DNA of 64,000 bases, taken from the NCBI RefSeq assembly GCF_009914755.1, contig NC_060931.1; one strand, written 5' to 3'. How positions within the stretch are numbered: the first letter of the stretch is position 1; each line of letters starts with the position of its first letter. Source of the DNA: the human T2T-CHM13v2.0 reference genome, Homo sapiens. Below the pieces are notes generated by a model. The model searched no databases. It was not told where the DNA came from and saw nothing but the letters and a program-made list of their open reading frames with translations. The translations under genes and the position numbers were made by a program. Of this stretch, positions 14,419-29,931 are shown in pieces.

Positions 14419-15384
14419 GTTTTAGTAGTAAATCCTAATTTTTGATATGTTCATTTAAAAAAGCAAATTCATGTCACATATTTGTTACCTTTTCTTCAGC
14501 TTAAATTACCCAGTATTCTTAAAATACCTTAAAATTCACTTTCCAAGTCTTTAATTACCTTTGTTATTTTTCTCTGGACCTTTTACAATTTTTAATCCAG
14601 GGAAAGTCCAATGCTGAGAAAATTTAAATGTCCCTGAATTTAATCACTGCTGTCTGCCTATTTGTCTTTTGAGGGCCTTTTTTGGAGGGTTCTGGCCTTT
14701 TTGCCTTTCACTTCTAAATTCATTTCCTGTACAAGTTTGTACTTCTTTGGTTCTTTAGAAAAAGACTGTGTTTGAATCGAGGTGTTACCACATAAGGCTC
14801 AATTCATAGATAATTCAGGTTTCTTCAACACTCAAAAGGGTGCAGCAAACATAAATCAGAGTGGTGGTTGCTCACTGATGGTGTTGCTCAGAGGCACACC
14901 TGGTCCGTGGAGTTACACTACTAACCTAGAACTGGGTACTCCATTCTAGAAAGAATTTGACCTTTGCCGAGGTAAAAGGCACTATTTTACTTTTGTCAAT
15001 ATGGCTTGAGGTAGTGCACATAAACTAGTATTTTGGCCTCACAAAGTATTTAAAGGTACCTATTATTGTTTCAGGCTTAATTTGAGAGAAGTCGAGGTGG
15101 ATCAAGTATTTAACAACAAATTCAACAACCTTCCTCTTCTACTTTTTTCATTTTCCTGTTCAGAAAACCCACAATGGCTTCCTGTTTCTCTGTGTCCTTT
15201 TTAAATCTCTCCAGTGGTCTCATGTTACTCCCCAGGGAAGCTTTTCAACTTCATACTTTTGGAAATTATTGTTGATTCAAAATTTAAATATTTAAGTAAA
15301 ATTTCTAATATACTTTCATTTGTTTTGTGTTACTCTAATATGCATGCCTAGATTTTTGAATGGTATAAGCCATTTTCTCTTGCA

Positions 15385-16460
15385 CTTTTAAAATATATTG
15401 AGAATCCAACCACTTCTTATCTACTTCATTGCCATCATCTTAGTCTAAAACATCATCGTCTTTCATCTGGATTATTGTAATTACTCCTAATATGTCTCCT
15501 CATTTTATTATACCTGCCCTACTACCATTATTGTCCACACATCAACCAATGTGATCCTTCTAAAAGATAATACAGTTCTTGTTATTCCTCTGCTCAAAAC
15601 TCTCCTTTGTTTTCCCATTTCAGTCAAGTAAATGCAAAAGTGCATATAATTGCTTACAATACTCTTCATCATTTGGCTCCTCTCTGACACCATCTACTAC
15701 TGCCTTTTATGTTCTCTCCATTCCAGCCACACTGATCTCTTTTATCTCAAGCAAGCATGCTGGGAATGGTCCTATCTCAAAGTCTTTGCATTGCTCTCTC
15801 TTCCACCTAGCTACATGCAGGACTCATTCATTCCACCACCTCTCTTGAATTCCTGTGCAAATATCAGTGAGGTCTTCCCAGATAACACTAAGTAAAAGTA
15901 CAGGACTTATTGCATGTCCTAGCCCCATCCTTGCTTTATTTGTCTTTGCTATCATCTCAGCATGGTCCCCAAAATTCATGTGTTGAGACTTAATGGTCAA
16001 TGTAATAGTATTAAGAGGTGAGGCCGTTAGGAGGTGATTAAGTCATGAGGACAAAGCCTTTATGGATGGGATTAAGGCCCTTATAAAACAGCTTGAAGGA
16101 ATGGGTTCGTTCTCTTCTGCTCTTCCAGTATGTGAGGGTACAGAGCACAAGGCATCATCTTGGATGCAGAGACTGGACCTTCTGGTGCCTTGGTCTTGGA
16201 CTTCCCAGCCTCCAGAATTATGAGAAATAAATTTCTGTTATTTATAAATTATACAGTCTCAGGTATTTTGTTATAGCAGCACAAATGGACTAAGACAGAC
16301 TTCATAGACTTTGTCACCAAATGACATATTATATATTTGTCTTTTCTTTTTTTCTGATTTTCTATAGACTGTAAGCTCCATGAAAGCAGTGTTATTTGTA
16401 TGTTGTATTCCCAACTATATCTACAGCATCTTATACACAAAGCCAGTCAATATTTATTAA
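15385..16460 (+). mobile_element. L2 3' fragment split by an MST LTR
   Basis: gaatccaaccacttct...catctggattattgtaat...ctgctcaaaactctcc; resumes with tagactgtaagctccatgaaagcag. Confidence 0.7.
15947..16297 (+). mobile_element. MSTD/MLT1A-like MaLR solo LTR
   Basis: ccccaaaattcatgtgttgag...gtctcaggtattttgttatagcagcacaaatggactaagaca; near-perfect TSD gtctt/gactt. Confidence 0.88.
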
Positions 16461-16879
16461 TTAGATAGGTCAATGTATAAATGCCTTTCTTGTTAGTATT
16501 CTATATATGTAGTGTTAAATTATTTGTTGGGTAAAAGGAATTGGGTGAGATAGTGATGGGATATGAAGAAGACTTGGGTATGTTCCTCACAAAATTCTAA
16601 ATTAGTAGTGACAGTGGGAGTCATATTTTAACAAAATCTGGACACATTTTGATCTTGCAGGTTTAGATGAGACATTTCAAATATACTAGGTTACATATTT
16701 TGCTCTTTAGGCAATTTCTAAAAACTAGCTTTTGAGCCAAACAACTGGTTACCAAAATAAGAACTCTAAATTATTCCTCTACTCAGTAATAATTCCTGTA
16801 CTCAATTTACTTCATCAATTAAAAAACAACATCAATGGCAGGTATGTTTTAGAAATTACCAGGAGATAGCAATTAGCTT

Positions 16880-16981
16880 CCTTAGATATAATTTAGCAAT
16901 TTTCCCCAGATAATGGGAGTAAAATTTGGGCCTTAGATATAATTTAGCAATTTTCTCCATATAATGAGAGTAAAATTTGGG
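16880..16981. repeat. Two-copy 51-bp tandem duplication
   Basis: ccttagatataatttagcaattttc...gagtaaaatttggg at 16880-16930 and 16931-16981, 3 mismatches. Confidence 0.95.
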
Positions 16982-17104
16982 CTTCTGGGGACCTTTCCAG
17001 TCCTAGGAGAGAGGGATTCCTTCAGATAATAATTCTTGGCCCTATGAAGCTACTGAGGTTCAAGAAATTATCTGGGTGGGATGGAGATGACGATCATGAT
17101 GACA

Positions 17105-17350
17105 TTGATAAAAATAACAATAGCTTAAAGCATATAGTGCTTACTATGTGCAGGTACTATTCTAAGTGGTTACTCTATTAATATATTTAATCCCCTCAAC
17201 AACCCTGTGAAGTATGCATTAGTATTCACATTTTGCGAATGAGGACACTCAGGCAGGAAGATATTGAATAATTTGCTAATGTCACACAGAAAACATAAAT
17301 GCAGAGATGGAATTTGAATGCTTGGCATCAGAGCCCTCTTTCCTTTAGCC
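17105..17350 (-). mobile_element. MIR
   Basis: agtgcttactatgtgcaggtactattctaag...tttaatcccctcaacaaccctgtgaagta...gaggacactcagg. Confidence 0.8.
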
Positions 17351-17912
17351 TCTGAGAGATATTGTGTAAAACTCCTATATAGTGAATAAGTAGAACTACA
17401 AAAAGTGTATGTGCATGCATGTGTGAGTGTGTGCATGTTCATGTGTGTGTGTGCAAGAGTAAGCACATGTGGACATGTGCATGAATGAGGGGTTGATAGT
17501 GTCAATGGAACTGTGTTAATGATGAATGTGATAGAGCTTGAAAGAGACTGGAGGTGAGAAAGTAAATACCAGTGTTAAGCCTTACATTTGTTACTTTACT
17601 TAATCAGTATAGCAAGCCCTAGGAGGGAATATTGCATTCTCTTTTTTATTAGATGAGATATTACAGGATCAGCGAAATAAGAACCCCACCCTTGGATAAG
17701 GCCTGCCTGGGCAGAGACAGTGAGCTTGGAAGGAAAATCTCACTCTGCTCTTTAAGGATAGAGCTGACAGCTCTTCTGGAGTTACATAGGAGGCACTCTT
17801 TGGCTTCCCTGTCAATATCCTCTGTACCCAGAGACATCTGTCTGTTTTCTGTGTTGAGGGAACACCAATCAAGAGAAAACAGTGGGTCAGCATAGGACTA
17901 TGTAGTCTGGGC

Positions 17913-18033
17913 TAGGGTGGCCGAATATTGCACAGGGCATGCTTATACTAAAAAGTATGTGTTGTTATCTGAAATTCAAATTTACCTGGGTGTCAATGGT
18001 TTTTTTTCTCTTAATCTAAATCTCGTAAGTCTA
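17913..18033. mobile_element. MER53-like hAT MITE fragment
   Basis: cttatactaaaaag...gttatctgaaattcaaatttacctggg matches the recalled MER53 core. Confidence 0.65.
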
Positions 18034-18239
18034 CCTGGTGCTTCTCTATCTCTGTTAGGAGTGCTGAGCAGATCACAAGAAGAGAGACACTGCCTTGGAC
18101 TTTGTGAATTCTACATAGATTCATCAACTGTTCATTTAATCATACATCATACATAGAAACAATGCCTACCCAGCACTTACCACAGCCAGGCAGAATGAGG
18201 CAGAGGAGTATTCACTCCTAGAACTTGCTGTGTCTAGTA

Positions 18240-18812
18240 CAGTGGTTCTCAAATTTTAGTTTACATTAAAGCTTGTTAAAAATGCTTGGAAGCTTGTTAA
18301 AAACGTGAATTCTAAGTCCCAGTTCCGGAGGTTGTGATTCTAGGATTAGAACCCTGAAGTCTATTCTTTAATAAACATTACAGATGATTTTGAAGTGAGT
18401 GGTTCTCTAAGCATACTTTGATATTGTCTTAGTTCTTTTGTGTGCTTCTATAACAAAACACCTTAGACTGGGTCACTTATAAACAACAGAAATTTATTGC
18501 TTATAGTTCTGGAGACTGGGAAGTCCAACATCAAGGTGCAAGCAGATATGGTGTCTGGGGAGGGCCTCATTCCTCATAGATGGCACCATTTTTGCTGAGT
18601 CCTTATATGGTGGAAGAGACAAAGGAGCTGACTTGAGCCTTTTTTTAAGGTCAGAAATACCATTCTGGAAAGTAGAGCCTTCATAACTTAATCATACCCT
18701 AAAGGCCCCATTTCTTAAGATACTATCATATGGGGTATCAGGTTACAACATATGAATTGGGGTGCAGGGGGTAACCAACATTCAGACCATAGCAGATATG
18801 CACTGGTCTGCT
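18240..18812. mobile_element. MER5-like DNA transposon split by MLT1A
   Basis: cagtggttctcaaa...agcttgttaaaaa...gcatactttgatat, resuming gatatgcactggtct after the LTR. Confidence 0.65.
18425..18794 (-). mobile_element. MLT1A-like MaLR solo LTR
   Basis: tgtcttagtt...aaacaacagaaatttattgc...acattcagaccatagca; perfect 5-bp TSD gatat. Confidence 0.92.
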
Positions 18813-20276
18813 AGATGGAAGGAGACTTCGTCTAAACATGATATGACATTAGGAATTACTTCTCAGTGAGATTTGAGACACAGGGACATTGTGTGATTTG
18901 AGTTCCTCTAAGGTGTTAATGTAGATTATAGAATATTACCGTGTTGTAGGTATTACACTTTTTAAAAGTGAAAATATCTTCTGATACAATTTAGTTAGTG
19001 TGCTATAGTAAGCCCATATTGACTGTGGACCTATTAGGTTCCCCCAAAGAGAGGTTTTCCTCAGGTTCCTGATCAGATCCTAAGTCTAATGAAGTGTGGC
19101 ATTCTTATAAAGTAGCTTAGACTCCTTGAGCCACAGTCAGTTCAATTCCAGAGTCTTATATGAAAGCCTTGTTTCTGGAAGGAAAATGTTCACTGTGTTT
19201 CATAGGGTTAAAAGCAGGACCTGAACCTACAATTTTTCAAGCCAGTTCTGTATTTCAGCTTAATGTTTGTGGTACTGATGTGATGTGTGCAGGCATTTCT
19301 GTATTAGTTGTTGAACACCCTGACTGCTGAATCCTCTACAAAGTCAAGTCAAAGCAGTGAGCATTCTGGGAGGGAAGCCAACAATAAATTGTAGTAATCT
19401 AGCCTTGTTGTTATAAAGGCATGAATCAATAGCTCAGCATCTTGCTGAGACAGCAATCGTCTTAACCTTGTTATACTCCTGAGATGGTAATATGAGGTCT
19501 TATCAATATGGTTGATATGGCTCTCAAAGGAAAGCTGAGGGTCAAAAATGGCTGAAATTTATCATGGAGAATATTGCTTTGTGGGAAGTCCAGCTGTAGA
19601 ATTGTGACTACCTATTAAATCCTTTGTGAAGCAAGAAATATATGGTCCACTGCCTGTAGGATAAGAGAAGGGGAAGGAAGTGGAATCAAAAGTGAAATAG
19701 AACTGGTCAAATGAGATGAAAGTCTGATATCTTAATTTTCAGCTGTAGGCATCAGTTTTTGAGATTACCCCTTAGGCAGCTTCTGATTAAGTGAGGATAG
19801 TTCCATGCCATGAAAGATTAAAGGCTTTCTGGGTGGCTGTATTTTAAGTGGTGAAATCTTTATCAAAGAGGCTTTTGTTTTTGTAATCAACTCTAGGCTG
19901 TGTACATGTGAAAGGCAAGCTACAAGTGACCTAGACAATTAATAGCATTTAAATTAGCATACAAAACAAGACTGCTGTGATCTATGTGGTCTATTTTTAT
20001 TTGAGCTTTATATCTAGCAACTTTCTTAGAAGTCAAGCCAAAATTTATTCCAGGAAGACAGAGCTTTCTTTAGAAATCATCATTAGTATTCAGTTCTAAC
20101 CTCATACCCTCCAGGAAGAAGGACATGATGCAGAGTGTTCAAAAGCACAGGTTTAAAAGTTGGAAAGACCTGGACATGAATCACAGCTTTGCCATTTCCA
20201 AGTTGTGAGACTTTGAGTAAGTTACTTAACATCTCTGTGCCTCCATTTCATTAGCTATAAAATGCAGGTAATACAA

Positions 20277-21435
<1,159 letters not shown>

Positions 21436-22044
21436 CTAGTACTTGCCTCATAAGATTTTTGTGAGGATAAAATGAGATAATTTATGCAGAATATTTCTGC
21501 TGTGCTTGGCACATGGTATGCAGTCTATAAATATTAAAAGTTGAGACTCTGAAACCACCCCCCAAAATCATACCCTTCTTTTCCACCCAGTTTTTGAACA
21601 ACTTGGGAAATTTGGGAAAAGCAAATACAGAAGCAAAATGTTACCTCATTACTTGTAGAGAAAGGTTGGAGAATGCAGTTTAGTTTGAGAGGCAAATTGG
21701 CCAGCTAAATGCACCCTAGAATTAGGTAGACTTATGCTTCCTGTCATAGTGGCACCACCTGGGGTATGTTTACCATAAAAAGAGAAGAAAGTCCCTACAG
21801 GAAGCTGTATTCCAAGAAGACTGGTAGAACTAGGCTGAGCATGTACAGGTATTTTTTCATACTAACCAGAGACATCACTTCCTATCACCAAGGCCCAAGA
21901 GATATAAGGGTCAGGAGAGGCCAGGAGGGTGTCAGATAAAAGTCCTTCTCATGGAAATCAAGACTGTGGAGAAGATGTTCTCATCTAATGTAGGGTGTTA
22001 TTATCATCGTAATCATAATAATTCATTTCCATTATACTTCTTTA

Positions 22045-22370
22045 CATTATTTTATTTTTAAATTCTTTTCAGAAATAGGCTGTTGCTCTGTCCCTCAGGC
22101 TGGAGTGCAGTTGCAAAATTATAGCTCACTACAGTCTCAAACTCCTGACCTCAAGCAATTCTTCTACCTTAACCTCCTGATCTGCTAGGACTACAGGTGT
22201 GTGCCACCACAACTGGCTAATTAAAACAAAAAATTTTAAATTAGAGACAGATGCTTTGGCTATGTTGCCTAGCCTGGTTACAAACTCCTGGCCTGAAGCA
22301 ATCCTCCTGTCTCAGCTCCCAAAGTGCAGGGATTACAAAGTGTTCCCAGGCATGAGCCACTGCATCTAGT
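22045..22370 (-). mobile_element. Old Alu (AluJ-type)
   Basis: Diverged antisense dimer (atagctcactacagtctcaaactcctgacctcaagc). Confidence 0.9.
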
Positions 22371-22428
22371 TTATTCCATTATTTAATTTGGTGTTACCTT
22401 CTACATTTATCTTTTCAAAACATATGAC

Positions 22429-22896
22429 TGTATTCATTTTCTAATATGGCTGTAACAAATTACCACAAACTTAGTGGTTGAAACAATACAAATGTATTCT
22501 GTTACAGCTCTGGAGGACAGAAGTCCAAAACCAGTCTTATTGGGCTTAAGTCCAGGTGTTGACAAGGCTGATTCCTTCTGGAGGCTCTTAGGGGGTATTG
22601 TTTCCTTGCCTTTTCTAGCTTCCACTGGCCACCTGCCTGTGGCCCCTTCCTTGCTTCTTTCCAACCTCATGATCATCATCACATCTCTTATGCTGCCTTT
22701 GACCTTCTTGCCTCCCTCTTTTAGGGATCTTGGTGACTAAACTGGCCTATCTGTATAATATAGGATAATCTCCCATGTCAAGATTATCAATCTAGTCACA
22801 TCTGCCAAGTCCCTTTTACCATGTTATGCAACATGTTCACCTGTTCCAAAGATTAGGATGTGGATATCTTTGGGGAGCCACGAATCAGCTACCACA
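22429..22896 (-). mobile_element. MLT1C/D-like MaLR solo LTR
   Basis: ctgtaacaaattaccacaaacttagtgg...gattaggatgtggatatctttgggg...ctaccaca; TSD atgac/atggc. Confidence 0.88.
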
Positions 22897-24057
22897 ATGG
22901 CACTTCGATTGTCTGAATTTGCCTTGTAGCTATTTTTCGAATCATTTGATACAGCATTCTTTTTAATATTTCCTGAATCAGATTGTAAATTCCTCAAGGG
23001 TAGACATCAGGTCTTCTAAGATTTTATACTTTTCGTACTTCATTATCTCTCATATTAAAAGCAAAGCATCTGCTCATAATAGGTACTTAGTAAAGCCTAT
23101 TGATTTAAATCAGAAAATCTTCAGAAAGGAGGCTTGGATCTTATCTACTTATGTTCCAGGACAGACAAAATCTTAGCTTTGACTTTTGATTCCATAAACA
23201 TTCGGATTATGTTGGAAACAATGTACTTAAGCCAAAGCATTAGAATGTGACTTGTTTTCCAGAATTCTCAGAATTGTTGGACTGTAGAGAGGCTTTGGGA
23301 CAGTCAATTAAATGTTAAGATTTACCAGAAATCCATAGGCTTATTCTTGCAACACTCTCCTTCCTTCAAATAAAAGAGAAGAAATATTGCAATTCTTGTG
23401 AGTGGATGTGAAAACTTACATTGCACAATTTAACCTGCTCTCTCCATTAAACTTTAGAGAAATGAGGATTATTACACATTGGAATATATTTCTGATTTTT
23501 GGTGCAATGGTTGATAAGAAGTATACTGTAACTTGAAATGAATACAAATGCAAAATAATTCCAGCTCTCAGACATAGGTACATTTTGAATGCATGATTGT
23601 TCATTAGTTATGGGTTGAATTAGAAAGTTATGGAGACCAATATGTAATTTTAAGGTATTCAATTTAGGTTAATAGATATCTAAATGAACCATAGAATTAG
23701 CTTTAAAACATAGCCCTATTCACTACTCATAATTTTAAAAGTTAGTGATGCTATATAGTAGCCTTGCATATAATGTTTTGTTATATTATTAAGACAAAAA
23801 GATTATCTTTGTCCTTAGCCCTGATAATTTGAACTTTTTAGTACTTGACCTATGTTACTTTTGTATCTTCTCCCTCTGTCCTTGAGTTTTCTTGTCTAGG
23901 ATGGCGGAATGTGAATTGTAGAACTAGAAGGGGCCTTAGAAGGCATCTCGTTAACTTGGACACGTAATAAGAAAGAACATTGTTTTAGAGACGTTAATTG
24001 ACTTGCTTAAGGTCATACAGCTATTGACAAACTTTATTAAAAGCTCAGGTTTCCTAA

Positions 24058-24674
24058 TGATACAGACGGGAGGCAGGGAAATACTGGTAGAAGAGGGCGG
24101 TTCCCCACAAAGGCCCTACCCTCAAGCCTGGAAACCCACGGTCCTAAATGGGAACAGGCATTTCTGTTTTTGTGCCCAAATGTTGCCTTTTGGCCCACCA
24201 CGTCCCCCTATCCTGTACCCATATAAATCCCAAACCCCAGGCTCCACAAGCAGAAGAGCAGCAGAGCAGCACACCAGAGAAGGAGAGAAGAGAAGGAGCA
24301 TCTGAACATTGAGAGGAATTTGACTGGGGATGGTTGGAGAAGAGATCAGCCACGGGATGGCCAAACTCCAGGAGAAGATCATCTTCCCACTCCATCCCCT
24401 TTACAGCTCCCCATCCATCCTGCTGAGAGCCACCTCCATCACTCAATAAAATCTCCACATTCACCATCCTTCATGTCCGTGTGACCTGGTCTTCCTGGAT
24501 GCCAGACAAGGACCTGGGTACCAAGACGGCAGGGTGTAAAAGGCTGTCACCCTAACTCTCCACTGAGCTGGTTAACACTTAGCCATCTGCAGAGAGCAAC
24601 TGTGGAAATAGCATTAATTGTAACACACCTCTGTCACAAGTTCTGTGATGGGGTCAAAAAACTCTCCTGTCTCA
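24058..24674 (+). promoter_or_regulatory. 5' LTR (617 bp)
   Basis: TG...CA ends; TATAAA 24222-24227; AATAAA 24445-24450. Confidence 0.9.
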
Positions 24675-24676
24675 AG

Positions 24677-24694
24677 TGGGGGCTTGTCTGGGAT
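24677..24694 (+). other. Primer-binding site complementary to tRNA-Pro
   Basis: tgggggcttgtctgggat versus canonical TGGGGGCTCGTCCGGGAT; both differences are CpG>TpG. Confidence 0.9.
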
Positions 24695-26028
24695 CCAGCA
24701 CAAGGGTGAGTACAGATGAGGAACTGTCAGATCTGCCTCTTTTCTAAGACCCTGCCACCACTCTCTTTCCTTTGGGTAAAAGGAATATTGACTCTGTTTC
24801 TCTTCACAGAGGTCAAGCTGTCACGTGGGACTGGAGTAAAGTCCTGGGGCTACTGAAGGTATCTTTTGTTGCAGGAAGGCCCCAAGACTGAACTCTGTAG
24901 GCCAGGACCCTCAGACTTTGCTATGGTATATTTTGTCTTTTCGTAGCTTGAAATGGCTCGTATCTCTTTTATAATGTTAGTGTTTTATAACTCTTTTATA
25001 ATCTCAGCAAACTACTGAGATGTTACTAAGTACATATGCTTGGCTCAGCCATCAGAGGTGCAGTTCAGAACAATGTGGTTTCCATTTGTTCTTAGAGGTG
25101 CCACCCCCACCCTGACAGCCACAGGTGTGTACGGTGCATGGCGGCTTCCCTCCTTGCCCCCTCCCCTCCTGGCTCAGGCACCTGGGCATACCCGCAGCAT
25201 GCAACAACCACACCCAATTGTCACGAGGGGTGGGAGAAAACTGAGGCTGCCAATGGGACCTCGTGTGGCTGGCTGGCTGGTGCCTCCTGCAGCTGCACCA
25301 GAGGGACCTTTCCTTTCATGGCCGAGGGGTCCTTACTAGTCTGAACTGGGGGAGGGATACAGTAATTGAAGGAACTCATTTGCACAGATCAAGAAGTTCT
25401 TTTCCCCAATCCTTTTTTGTACTTTAAGCTGTTTCCTTTTTCTTTTCTAAGTGAGAAGGTTCTTTTCCTTTCCTCATCACTCTACTTATGATAGGGAAAA
25501 CAAGGAGGAGCGACCCCTGCTGGCTGATACTGCAAATTCAGCAGGGCCCATTAGAGATGTAATCTAAGCAGATACATGCAGCCCCTGAAATACCTTTTTG
25601 TCCCAAACTTGACTCGAGGTTTCAGGTTGAGGCCCTAGAAAGAAAAACCAGATCTGAGGGATCCAAAAGCCAGACAACGGACACAATGTAAATGGGCAGG
25701 ACCAATTCTTGCTGATTAAACCCTTGCTTCATGAAAGCAGGCCATGCTCCTTGACATAGACAAGGCCCAGGGAACTCAAATGTTGTCGACAGCCAGGGAG
25801 ATAGGGCATACAAGCATAAGGGTGGACACTTCCACCCCCAGACCTCCCGTTAATGTGGATGAAAGCCACTTTTGCACCCATGGGTGGCACCTGCCAAGGT
25901 TACTGGGACTTGGGGACAAAAAGATGGAAGAGAAAGGGGGGATGCCCACTTTCTCTCCATCACACCCTAGGTTATCACTGAAAGAAAGAAGGGAAATGAG
26001 GGACACCTCTATTTCCCTGTCTTTCAGA

Positions 26029-27638
<1,610 letters not shown>

Positions 27639-27839
27639 AGTTCTCTCTCTTCTAAAGTTTAACTGCTTCCATACAAGTTTAATTTCTTTCACCAGGGTGA
27701 CCCAACTCAGGGTAAAATGTTGTTAGTATATTTCACTTCTTATTTCTGTAGTCTTTGGCACTAGATTCTTTCCTTGTATAATACACATTTAATGCATGCA
27801 TACTTAACCTTACAGGACTTGTTTTTTTTTTTTTTTATT

Positions 27840-28000
27840 TCTCACCTAGAGGCCATCAAACTCCAAATGGTCAGGCAACTGAAACCTTGGACAATGGCTC
27901 CCTTTTGCCAGGGACCCTTAGATAGACCTCTGGGAGAAAATTGACTGCCATTTTCCCCAAAACAACTCCCCCTGTCAGCAGGAAGTAGCTAAGATTGGTC
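27840..28000 (+). pseudogene. env: env cytoplasmic-tail remnant
   Basis: Translates SHLEAIKLQMVRQLKPWTMAPFCQGPLDRPL, similar to the EAVKLQM...PLDRP tail of HERV-W-type Env. Confidence 0.7.
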
Positions 28001-28049
28001 ATCGTCCATATTCTAATGGCAGTTGATATGCCTCTTCAGAGAGGGGAAA

Positions 28050-28665
28050 TGATATGGACAGGAGGCAGGAAAACACTGGATAGAAGAGGGCGGTTCCCCG
28101 GCAAAGGCCTCACTCTCAAGCCTAGAAACCCATGGCCCTAAATGGGAATAGGCATTCCTATTTTCATGCCCATATGTTGCCTTTTGGCCCACCACACCCC
28201 CCTATCCTGTATCCGTATAAGCCCCAAACCCCAGGCTCCACGAGCAGAAGAGAGGCAGAGTGGCAGAACAACAGAGAAGGAGAGAAGAAAAGGAGTGTCT
28301 GAATGTCGAGAGGATTTAGCTGGGGATGGTCAGAGAGATCGGGTGTGGGATGGCTGAACTCCAGGTGAAGGTCATCTTCCCACTCCATCCCCTTTCCAGC
28401 TCCCCATTCATCCTGCTAAGAGCCACCTCCATCACTCAACAAAATGCCTGCACTCACCAACCTTCAAGTCTGTGTGACCTGATTCTTCCTGGACACTGGA
28501 CAAGGACCTCAGTACCAAGAGAGCAGGGTGTAAAAGGCTGTCACCCTGACTCTACACTGAGCTGGTTAATACTTAGCCATCCTGGACAACAACCACTAAA
28601 AAAACATTAATTGTAACACACCTCTGTCACAAGTCCCACGAGGGGGTCAGGAAATTCTCCTCTCA
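28050..28665 (+). promoter_or_regulatory. 3' LTR (616 bp)
   Basis: Colinear with the 5' LTR; poly(A) hexamer position reads AACAAA (28438-28443). Confidence 0.9.
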
Positions 28666-29931
28666 CTAACTCTCTGTAACGATTGTTTCCTGCTCCTCTC
28701 TCTTATTTAGGTAAAATAATTTAAGAGTGAAGAGAAAAAAAAGAGGCATAATTGAGTAGCAAAGCAAAAAAAGGTGAGAGGATTATGGAAATACTTGGCT
28801 TAAGGGAGGCACAGTTTTCACTTAGTCACCCTCTTTCTGGAGCTTCTTAGCTGTTAGAGCCAGAGGAGGAAAGATGGGCCTGCCCTGAAGGACGAAAACA
28901 AGGTCACAGGTGAAGGTCTAATTCTGATAGAGTGCTGGTGAAGGGCACCCACAAATCAAGGTTACAGGCCTAAAATAAAGGAAGGATTCAAGAGATACCA
29001 GGAAATTGCAAAAATAAGAAAAAAAGGAAAAAAAAGGAAGGTATTGCAATTTTAATAATAGAAAAAGAGGCAGGGAAAGTTTAAAGTACTAACCAAGATA
29101 GGGAAAGATATTTTGCAATTATAAAGTTACAAAATTAACACTATATGAAGGTACTACGACACCACACAACAAAAGCACCACAGAACAATACAACAGCTAA
29201 ATATAAAAAGTAATGTCTATTAGATATTCAAGGATAAATTATAAAACTAAAATTATAATGGGATACCCTTAGAACTCATTTTTAAGAATTAGATAAAAAA
29301 TAAAATAAGCAAATTAAAAGTGATATAAATACATTTTCTCATGTACAGAGAGCAAGATAAAAAGATTTGGAAATGTATATTCTTTTAATTGAGAGTACAA
29401 ATTATTTTCTATATCCATGGAAACTTTATAAAAATAGATCACATAATTGACCTTAAAGCAAATCTTGATAGAATTTAAAAAGCAAAAATTTTTACAGGGT
29501 ACTTTTTATGAGTATAATAAAATAAAATTAGATAATAAAATAGTGATCCTCTTTCCCTGCTCACCTCTGTAATAGTAACTACTTGGAAATTAAGAATGCA
29601 CTCATTGTTAGCCCATGGATCAAAGACAACGTGAAAACTGAAATTATAAACCATCTAGAAAACAACAAAAAAGGATGAATATCCAAACAGAACACAACAA
29701 AACTGAGAAAATTTATAGCCTTACATTTCTTTGATAAATGGTAAAGTAAAAAGGAAAGAGAATGGAACATATTTCAAAGCCTAAAGAAAATTTATAAAGA
29801 AGTATAGAGCTAGAACCAAACAATTAGGGCTGAAGAAGTGAGAAAAGTAATTAAAGATATTAGATCACCTACCACCAGGGGTGGGGGAAAAAGAAGATAT
29901 ATCATTAGAAAAGTCATTGTGAACATGTGCA

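Noticed and set aside
16880-16981. Direct repeats as a CRISPR-like array
   Set aside because: Two abutting copies without spacers, in eukaryotic DNA with no cas genes
17170-17505. 111-aa His/Thr-rich minus-strand ORF
   Set aside because: Derived from a degenerate (TG)n tract plus antisense MIR
17680-17700. Adjacent CACCC and GATAA motifs suggesting an erythroid enhancer
   Set aside because: A single short motif pair; not distinguishable from chance without chromatin data
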